Below are positions 24,940 through 35,400 of a DNA stretch of 41,337 nucleotides, piece after piece. A program made the translations under genes and the position numbers. Origin of the DNA: Acanthaster planci (lineage: Eukaryota); assembly GCF_001949145.1 (NCBI RefSeq), contig NW_019091362.1:2611838-2653174 (forward strand), read 5' to 3'. Position 1 is the first letter of the stretch, and each line of letters starts with the position of its first letter. Under the pieces are notes generated by a model, which was not told the DNA's origin, searched no databases, and saw only the letters and a list, made by a program, of their open reading frames with translations.

Positions 24940-26450
24940 GACGTATAAGATGGTCAACTTTACCGGCCGTCCGTCATGCCTGCCTTTCCAAACTAGTTGA
25001 CACTACGCTAGTTGACGACTGTGTCGACTAGCCTCAGCACTGCACTGGATAATACGAAACTGACCGACAAATCCTTGATAGAACACACAACTGACGCAGA
25101 TGCCCTGAAATAGCCTGATAGTTACCTTTTAGTGTTCTGGTCCTGATCTGGAGAGATATGGCCGTCCAGTCTCAGTAAATGTCCACGAAATCTAGAGGTA
25201 ATGGAAGGAAATTTGTAGAACTCTGTAACAATTAGCGAAGAGCGAGCGCATCAGCTGATTTTGTCAACCGACCAGAATTTTGACGTATGCTCGATCATCA
25301 TGAACGCCTACTGAACTGAAGCAGCGACGTGGTTGCATGTGCAACGTGTGTACTAAACTTTATCTAGTCTTACCTTTAATTTTGTTTTCATCATTGCACA
25401 TCTAAAGACTTAAAATTGCATTTTTTGTTTTTTACTTTTTTGCATGTTTACTTTTTTAACTATTACTACTGATACCATTTGAATTTCTACTCCTTTCCAA
25501 GATCACTGAAGAAAAAATAAGGTAAATATCCTGCCTAAATTATTTTCACCCACCCTCCAAATTCCTCGACCTTACAAGTTTATGTTATGCGAGAAACTAT
25601 AGCGGGCGCACTGCACTCAGCTGAAGCTCAAGCAAAGCTGAAAGTTCGCTGCGCCTTGTTGGGGCGCGGGGCGCTAGCGCTGGGCACAAGGACTGGACGA
25701 CATTGATGTACCCCTCCCCTCGTCCTAATTATCAGTACTTCGACTGCTTGTTGTCTAGTTTTCCCAAGAGGTGCCTGTGTAAAGAAACATGCTGACAACA
25801 CTTTGACACATTGTCAATGATCATGATTCATGATCACTAAGAGACACGTTACGGCCTAACATTTTTGTGATGCAAGTGTGAATTTTGTAACTGTATCTTA
25901 CCCCCCGTTATTTTTAATAACTGTGAAGGTAGACGAATCTCGTCGAAACAATACCAGTCCCAAAAACTTCGCCTTCCTGCTGATTTCCAGTAGGAGCTTG
26001 TAGGTTGCGTACCATGCTGAGTTAATTAATACACTTTTTTTTCTCATTTTTCTTTTTCGACAAACACCTGAACACAGTGGACAAACCTCAGCTATGTATT
26101 TTAGAAAGGGTGTTGTTAGTTTACATCAACAGCGTCTTCAAGAAGGCGACACGGCGTGCATTATTAAAGTGAGTGTAAACAAAGTTGCTGTGTCCAGGGT
26201 CCATCATTTAAAAAAAAATCAATCGAAATTCCCATTTACTTTCTGTAGGAGCTTAATTACTTCAGCAGGGAACCTTCCTCGTTCGTTTTCTCTGCTAATT
26301 ATCAACCTCATACGCGGGGTATGACAATTAAAAACGATTTTGGACGGTGGTACGCACTGTGTCAGACAGCAATTGGAAGGCAACATTTCTCAGTCTTCAG
26401 TCTGAAACTCACTGACGATAACCGTCGTTCCGTTGCGTCTCCGAGTAAGT
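24940..26450. promoter_or_regulatory. CpG-rich divergent promoter region shared by the two genes
   Basis: Visible jump in CpG frequency relative to 1-24.9 kb (e.g. gggcgcggggcgctagcgc near 25661); flanked by outward-facing first exons/donors at 25126 (-) and 26496 (+). Confidence 0.55.
25126..25260 (-). other. Putative non-coding first exon of the minus-strand gene (5' boundary approximate)
   Basis: Donor AAG|GTAACT at 25126/25125 at the edge of the CpG-rich region; TSS cannot be determined. Confidence 0.35.
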
Positions 26451-26463
26451 TTTAAGTGCAACA

Positions 26464-26496
26464 ATGTGCTTTATCGTTGGCTTTTTGGCTATACTG
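26464..26496 (+). CDS. aGPCR exon 1: MCFIVGFLAIL (signal peptide part 1)
   Basis: acaATG start; donor CTG|GTGAGT, phase 0. Confidence 0.75.
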
Positions 26497-29400
26497 GTGA
26501 GTATGTTTCATTGCGTAAAGATATTTTGAATGGAAACCCCACTTCTTTATTCAGTTTTATTTATTTTTTTGTTACTATGTGTATTGGGACGACATTCTAA
26601 TTCTAGACAAGGTAGCAGCCGATAAGTGTATTATTTCTTTATTCAGCAAGCTGTTGAAGCTGGAAACAAGTTGCTTGGAATATCAACGGGAATTAATGTA
26701 CATCTTTCCATGAAGAAACGCTTTCGTTAACTCCTTCACATTGGAGGGGCTCTGTGTAGATGCAACAATTCAACCTTTTTTCTCTCTAATTGACGGCACG
26801 TCTAGCTTCTTTTTTTGTTTTGTTTTGTTTTGTTTTGTTATTATTAATTTTTAACAGGGTTTAGGGAACAAATATACTTGTGCTGCAAGTTTGGTTATAT
26901 TCTGTGCACACCCAATACGGAAGGTGTTTTCTGTTGACAAAAATGACATTTTTGGGAACTGAAATATTTTGCGCTTAAAAAAAAAGAATCTGAAGATCTT
27001 GATCAATCGCGGGAATGACAATGTCTCTACAGCCCATAACTAGGATTGTTACTGCGCGTTTCAAAATAGAATGGTCGTATTTAAAAAACAAACAACCTAA
27101 CAAACAAACAAAACAAAACACTGGCAAGATATTGATTGATATGTGGATATTTTGTTTATAACGAATTACCCCATGCGTTTATTATCTACTTTTCTTATCC
27201 TGGTTTTTCATTTATGATCTACTGTCGTCGTCCTGACTTTGCATTTATAATCTGTTATACAGCTGAAAGCGCCCCGATTTTGATTTAAATTTCTGCAGCC
27301 CGTGGCATTCTGCAACTTGGACCCCTAATTAGCTTCTCTGTTGACCTCATGTGCTAAGAGGTTGGGGGTATGCAGTTTTGGACAAAAAATTCACACACAT
27401 CTGGTTGAAAAAAAAGATAAATTTTCCTCAAGTTTCGCTACTCCACTCATTTCTACCAACGTTTCTTTTTTTTAATGAGGACAGACAACATGGGTCTCTA
27501 TACTTAATTAACCCTGCGAAGTGTGAACTATTGCATTATACCTCCAAGTGGGAGCGTGACCCACTGTGAGTCACACTGTTAATTAGGTAATTAAGCACTA
27601 TACATAGTCTTTTTTTTCTGCTTCTATGTCTACCTTTCATCAATATTTTGTCAAGTAAACACAATGGAAAAGGGTATTCCACCCCCCCCCAAAAAAATCT
27701 CACCGCTTCGGCTGGGCCAGGTAGAGCCATATTGTGCACGGTGTATGCATCAAAATAAAACACCCACAGGCAAATGTATAATTCACATTTATATCTAAAA
27801 AAAAGAGTACAAAATCCAATTTGTGAATACCCCAATTCCCCATTTTTGTTGTTGTCGGGAAGGGGATCACATCTCATGGTCGCAGTGGACCGCTTTCTGA
27901 AGTGTTTTTGAACAACAATAAGGAGGTAAATGTAAATTTTTACAAAATGATTTGTCAGAAATACTAATATTTTGAACTATAATAAATGTCTGTCTCTACT
28001 TCCATTTGAAGTACACACTGTGAACATTGAATGGAGACACAACTTGTCTGGACTCATGAAGAAGTTGGCAAAACTATTCCAAACAGCGAAAAAAAAGAGG
28101 ACAACTGTTTTTCTAAAAAGTGTCTGTAAACTTTTTGCCCTAAATGTATATACCGGTATTGTTCGTTTGGTTGATTTCTTTTTGTTCATACGTGAAGAAT
28201 AAAAGGCAAAAGCAATTTTTTTGGGGGGGGGGGTTAAGAACTATGATTTTGCTACACAGGCTTTTCCAACACTCATTTAGCGTAAGAGTATTTTGAAATA
28301 GGCTGCGAACTGAAATATAGCGAAGTATATCTGATTCCCTGAAAACATCTCATACTGGAGGTATTCGTGCTAGAGATTTTGAAATAATTTACATGTTTCT
28401 AGTTTAATGGGCTTCTATTCACATTACAATTTTCACCACGAAAACTAAAGCCAGAGCAATACGTGCCCCGACGTTTGTTACTTGATGGAATTGATCATAG
28501 TGCAAAATAAGCTTCGGTCGAAAGATTTTGCTCACTGTTGAAGCTGCCGCTCTTCCTGTTGTCGCAGTCGCCGGACAAGAACTCTTCGGAATTCTGGGTC
28601 AAAAAGTGTACAGGTGTAGTTCCTGTACCGCATCACGCCATGTGCAAAGAAAAACTACCTCGACCCCGATTGGTGGAATGTTAAATAAGATGCTAATTTT
28701 ATGCAGTCGTGGAAATCCGACGGCTGTTGCAAAACCTGTGGCTTCACAAGTTCAAGTTTGATATACGGCTTACTACTAGTGAATCGGACAAACCTAGATT
28801 GTTAATTATTCTTTAACCAGAACCTTCATTCTCCTGAAAGCACCTTATAAGAGATCAAACTCCATTGGAAAAGATGGAGACTCTACTAATAGGACATTAT
28901 GTCAGGTGGGTCGAATTTGAGAATTTGAAAGCTCACTTGTTCAAAAGTATACGGAAAAGGAGGCCTCGTAGAACGACTAGCGTCGTTATGCATATTATGC
29001 TTCAGAAGTGTGCAGTGCGTACTTTATGCGTTCTGAGCATAGGCCTAATATGCATAAGACGAACGTCGTCGTGCGTGGCCCTTTTCTTTTCTAAAACCTT
29101 GTTCAAATCTTTCGTCTGTCCAGGTCAGCTTTCTTGGGTGGATCATGCTTGGTCAGCTGCCGACGGTAGAGGGCAGTTACCTCAACCAAAGTAAGACGAA
29201 CCACGAATTGAACGCACTCAAAAAACTGTGGTTATAATACTGTGAATGGGTTGAATGTTAACTTTAGTTTAGTGAAACTTGAAGCTTAATTTGATGACAC
29301 ATATTTGCTGTTACACAACTAAGAGCCCCCCCCCCCAAAAAGCATGTCAGTTCTATGACATCGGCGAGGGCGTGTGTGTGTGATGGGATGGGAATAGCTT

Positions 29401-32400
29401 AAAAGTAGCTGTTCGAACCACTATTAAAACACTGCAAAACCATTTTCCTTCATTATTTTGTAAAAGTAATGACAACAAAACATGTCCGGGCGAGGAGGGG
29501 GCATAGCATCTACCGTGCACCCGAACCGCTATTGGAATTGCTTACAATAACAAGGAAGGATCACGAGTCAAATTTTCTTGGTCAGACTTTTTTTGTGGGG
29601 GGGTGGGGGTGGACCCCAAAATTGGCCTTTTTAACATTTAACCTTTAATATCCTTTCTGAGAGGTGAAGTTAAATTCTAGGCCTTTCACTTGCACTTGGA
29701 AGGGAAACGAAGTAGCCAAAAATTCGTTTCTCTCAGTAGTTTAGGAAAAACAAATGAAGTACACAAAAATGTCTTTCATCAGTTTAGGAGAAAATACCCA
29801 TTTTCGGGGGAAGTCCCCGTCTGCCCTTACATAATAAAACAAATGTGTTGACTGTGTTTTCTTCTGCAGATACCGGCTGCATCAGTTCTGGGGAAGTTCA
29901 AGGACAATCTTTCAACGGACACTGCTATTTTGCTGTGAGGGTGTGGGCTGGTTCACAGATAGCAGTTACCACACAGAGATGTAGCGTTTTTGGAGGGGCA
30001 ATGCTATTTTGGACAAACAGGGAGGAACTTCTTTTCTTCCTGTATGAGGCGTAAGTAAAACTTCTCTTGCAAATAGGGCAAGCTGGGGAGGGGAAAAGGA
30101 ATTATCTCTCTCTCTTTTTATAATTTTGTTTTGTTTGTTTTAATTGAAAGTACAATCTTTTTTAAAGGGGGATTCAATCTTCTGCCATTGAATAAAAAGT
30201 GGACATGTTTAGGAAATCCATTTTGCCGCCTCTCGACCCATGACCTGGATACACCAATGCCTGGATGGAATTTGAACCCAAGTGGGAAGGCGTAAAATAT
30301 TTTCCTTTGTGAAAAGGACTTTCACCTAATTCCCCATGGTAGTTGTTGCTCCTTTGGCCCAATGTTGTCTCCCCGTGATATCAATATTTTCTGCAGGAAT
30401 TCTTTCAGTGACGGGGATGGGATTTGGACGGGGCTGCATTACAGCACAGGTTCCTGGTCTTGGTATGACTCCGAAACAACTCTGTCAGACAGTGACTTGC
30501 AGTATCTTATGTAAGTAAAACACAATTAGTTTAATATTTTTCAAATTTACAAAATGCGTCACGCGAACACTTTTCTCAAGAAAATGTTGTTTTGCCCCAT
30601 GAGTTGGGCTATCTGTGCTTACATATCCTGTTCAATTGTTTTGAACAAAGGAGTTCTATCCAAAACAATTTCCAGTTATTCAACAACTTAGGTGTAGAAT
30701 GTATAGGCCTAATGTTTAATTTTCACTCAAATAGCTTAAATTGTGCAAAAAAGTAAAACAACTATTGTGAAAGCACAGAATAGAATTCCTTGAAATAAAT
30801 AGAAAAATGAATGAAACTTCATTCCAACAACTGAATGAACAAAAATAAATAAATCAAAGTAGCAGACAATAAACTAAGTTTGGATTTGTTATTTATTTCT
30901 TTATATGTCAACATAGACCAGGATTTGACAACTTCCAAAACCTAAGCGGTGACACTATGGACAAACTTCTTCAGCTACATTACAGTGACAACCGTTTTAT
31001 GTCAGTTCTTGGCAATTCCATGGATGTTACCAATGAATATGTCGGGTGTAGAATGAGACAAGGTGAGTTGGACTGTATGAGTGACAACCAATACAAACAT
31101 CGATGATGTTTGCACTGGCAACAGGGATGAAAGGGCTCGTGCAATGTCATTTTCTTTTTGCGCACTTCTTGTGAATGTTCCTAGTCCACAGAAAGAGTAT
31201 TTTTAAGCCAGTTGACAGATATGGCAAATGACATCCAGTTTTCCTATGTAGTTGTGTCTAAACTGACTTATTTTCTTTACATTAACATTGAGGCTTTTTA
31301 CCATTTTTATCATTTCTTGAATGCATAAAGTTAGCCAAACATACACCCATGCCTTCTTGTACTTCACCTTGGACTTTGTCTACGTACGAGCTTACGAGAG
31401 CTATGTAAGTAACAATAATTGTGCTGTCTCTACTACTTTTTAAAAAGAGTTTGTGATGCCAAAGAAATTTGAGTTTGCACTTTGCAAAGCATGCTGCGTG
31501 TAAATCTGCGGTTTATGGTGAACCCTCGATTTTATGTTTTGTTGTTGTTTTGATTCTTTAATTGCTGTTTATTTATTTGTTTTTGACAGAACGGTGACTA
31601 GTCACAATGCTATTTGATGCATGCTGTTTATAGCTAGTAATCAGCTGAGTTTTGCTGAGCAAAGCAGTACCTCCCAACACACCTCTTCCCTCCTCTGTCC
31701 CTGAAGCAGAGCTGGAATGTTGAGGAGGAGCAGTTCAGATTCATTCGTATGCTCTTGCTTGGATTCATTTTGTCTACAGACCACCGGCGTTGTGGGATCT
31801 TCCCTGGCCAATGCAAGTTTCTCCACTGGGTCAGTTCGCTGTTACGACCAGCAGAAGGGCAATTCCCTCCGAATTAGGGCCGGGGAGGATTCACCATTAT
31901 ACTTTGGAGACTTTGGAGGTACATGGGCCGTGCCAGTGCTGTGGAAAAAAGAGGGAAAAAGGGAATTTAGTCTGGAATTACTTTCCTTACAGCTTTAAAG
32001 CACAGTTAGATGTAAACCTTAGCAAAATCCAAAATGAGAAAACTGTAATTGCATTGTCTCTTCCCCAACAAATAATTCAAACCCCATTCTATAAATACAG
32101 AAAGGATGCAGCTTAAAAGTCAGCCCATACTTCAGGTCAATATGAAGGTGCATTGACTTTGACATCTTGAAACATTTGCAGCAAATTCTCCAGAGTTAAA
32201 ATGTGTCCAATGTTTGTGAATTCACAGTGCTAATTTTTTATTATATGTCACAAATGCTTGAATTCATGTTCGCTTGCCCAGCAACTATGATTGAATGTTT
32301 AGAACTCTCATCTCGAGATATTTTTGTTTAAATCCAGCAACCTAGATAAAAGAAAAAGATGAATGGATGACACCCACAGTTTCAAAATTTGAGTGGCCAA

Positions 32401-35400
32401 AATAGTTGGACACTGAAGCTCTAAAAGCTACAGCTTGTGTGTGAGGCTGTTATTAGTTCTATCTGTTCTTCACAATTGTTGACGGGATTTATTCACTTTT
32501 TTTTGACCTAGGTACTTGTGTGAGCAATACTTCCATGTGCACCAATGGTTTCACTTTAGCTTTCTGGTTTAACCTTCAAGCGAAACCAAACGGCACTGAG
32601 TACTACATGGACACAGGTAGATCAATGTTTTCCCTTCCATTCCAACATTCAACAGAATCATTCCATGTGCAAGCCTTAGGGGTGGTATCCCTGGCCCCAG
32701 TGCATTTTCTTTCTGCATTAGAGCTTACAGTGCTATAGTGCTTTAATGCAGGACAGGATTGAAATGAATGTACCACGTGCAGGTTAATCATTTTGCAAGA
32801 AGAGTTTTGCTATTGGCTGACATTTTGACGTTTCATAACTTCAATCCCCTATTTATATCAAAAGTCTAAAGGGAGTGCATCACAAATTCAAAATTTAATA
32901 GAAAACCGATAAACCAACAGACAAGTACAAACAGACAGACANNNNNNNNNNNNNNNNNNNNNNNNNNNNNNNNNNNNNNNNNNNNNNNNNNNNNNNNNNN
33001 NNNNNNNNNNNNNNNNNNNNNNNNNNNNNNNNNNNNNNNNNNNNNNNNNNNNNNNNNNNNNNNNNNNNNNNNNNNNNNNNNNNNNNNNNNNNNNNNNNNN
33101 NNNNNNNNNNNNNNNNNNNNNNNNNNNNNNNNNNNNNNNNNNNNNNNNNNNNNNNNNNNNNNNNNNNNNNNNNNNNNNNNNNNNNNNNNNNNNNNNNNNN
33201 NNNNNNNNNNNNNNNNNNNNNNNNNNNNNNNNNNNNNNNNNNNNNNNNNNNNNNNNNNNNNNNNNNNNNNNNNNNNNNNNNNNNNNNNNNNNNNNNNNNN
33301 NNNNNNNNNNNNNNNNNNNNNNNNNNNNNNNNNNNNNNNNNNNNNNNNNNNNNNNNNNNNNNNNNNNNNNNNNNNNNNNNNNNNNNNNNNNNNNNNNNNN
33401 NNNNNNNNNNNNNNNNNNNNNNNNNNNNNNNNNNNNNNNNNNNNNNNNNNNNNNNNNNNNNNNNNNNNNNNNNNNNNNNNNNNNNNNNNNNNNNNNNNNN
33501 NNNNNNNNNNNNNNNNNNNNNNNNNNNNNNNNNNNNNNNNNNNNNNNNNNNNNNNNNNNNNNNNNNNNNNNNNNNNNNNNNNNNNNNNNNNNNNNNNACA
33601 GACAGACAGAATGCAAAGACTAGGGGGACCAACATACATGCAATGAACCAATGATATAGACTGTGATCGGATAAACGAGTTAAATAAAGATGCAGTGCTA
33701 CAAACGGGACAGTTGATTGTTCTTGAAAGAGCTATCAGAGGAATGTGATTTGATAGACTTGTCTAGTCCATTACACACACACAAAATGTTCAATGCAAAG
33801 GCACTGTTTTCAAGACACAATTAACAGCCAGGGCCCAATTTCACAGAGCTTAGTAACAGTTGGCAGAAAAATTGTGCTAACCGTAGCAGAAAAATGTGCA
33901 AACCTTGAGCACTATTTCATGGCTGTGCTTAGCATGGTTATGCTAACAGTTGTGCATGCACAGAGATTTCTATTGTTTGGTCACAATAGTTTAAGCTAGT
34001 TTAAGCAAATATTTCCTTCAAGGTTAGTATGCCTTTGGCTGTGCTTACTACTATACCAGTCTCCATGAAATACGTGGAGCCTGTGTTAGCATGAAATTGT
34101 ATGCTGAGCGGTGCCGTGAAAGTGGGCCCAGATGTTTAACAGGCGTGCTTGTTCAACACAGGTGCATGAAAAATGCTTTCTCACTCAGTACATCGTGTTT
34201 GATTTCACATGCCGAACAGGTGCCAAAGATGGTGATTATGGTCTGGCTGTATACCATGCCTCTGGCAACGTGATGTTTGAGGTGAAAGTCGGTCAGCTCA
34301 TGTATGGCAAAGTTCTGGGAATTCCAGAGGACATCCCTGAGAAGCAGTGGACGCACATCATCATGACATTTGACTCAGGAAGTAATTATGGTCGTGACAA
34401 CCTCCACTTTTGGTCGGTTGGATCCCTTCATTGTCAACAGATAAAGAAATCACCTAATTGGTTAACGCAGCAGGGCATAAGCTTCCCTATTAACCGCCAG
34501 AAAATGAGATATACTGACCTTATAAGGCAATGCACATAGTTTCAGTTGGACCGTAAGAGAAATATAGATTCACTCTTGTTGCATTGTGTTCATATGAGGC
34601 CACTGTAAACAAAGTCAAAATGGCAGCACCAGTCACAAAGTTTCAAAAGCACCACACATAACATTATATAAGTACTCACGTAGGATTAAGGATTAAAACT
34701 CTTCATTTGTTAATGAATTATGCTCCCAGTTACTCATTTATTTGTTTTCTTTACTAGGTGTTGATGTTTATGTCAACAAGATTTCGCCATTTACCCTCAG
34801 TACAGCAAGTTTTGGCCGTTTTACACCTCAAGACTCCTCAACTAGCTTTTTAGTTGGCTTAGGGTAGGTACAGAATGGTTGTTAAAAAAACAAAATTGGA
34901 TTTTATTCAAATCAGACATTTGGGGGTACTTTATATGTGTTTTAGTTAGATTTGTATTCGAACATTACAGGGAGACGCTGTTTGGATTGTACATGTTGTA
35001 TGGGGACACAATACGTAGAGATTCAGCGCTTGGCGAGACAGCATTGTGATGGAAAGTTTCAACAGCCTGAAGAGGGCAGCTTGTTTTCAGTAGTTACAAC
35101 AGGCATCCACAGTGTGTTAAGTTGCGGTATTGTGACGACTTTGTATGTGAGATCTGAGCAGAGTTTGTGACCCACTCACACGTTAATTGATCTCTTATCA
35201 GGCCCAGTGCCAAGGGAGGGGGCTGGGGACCCCTGGTGAGCAACTGCCCCTGATTGACAAAAATCATATGCATCTGAACTGTTTTTGTTCTTGTGATGTT
35301 CCAACCTGGCTGGTACTGTGACCCCCCAAAATGCCCAAAGCTGGCGACAGGGCTGTCTCTTATTCAAAACAGGATTTCAGATTCAAAGTCATAGCACTAC

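Noticed and set aside
31590..31746. Alternative bridging exons between CTLD and pentraxin exons (ttttgacag acceptor; YLPTHLFP frame)
   Set aside because: Immediate in-frame stop or incompatible phase; 31331-31404 fits better.
32866..33651. Three 240-260 aa minus-strand ORFs
   Set aside because: Artefacts of the N gap; the flanking aGPCR exons join in phase without needing an exon there.
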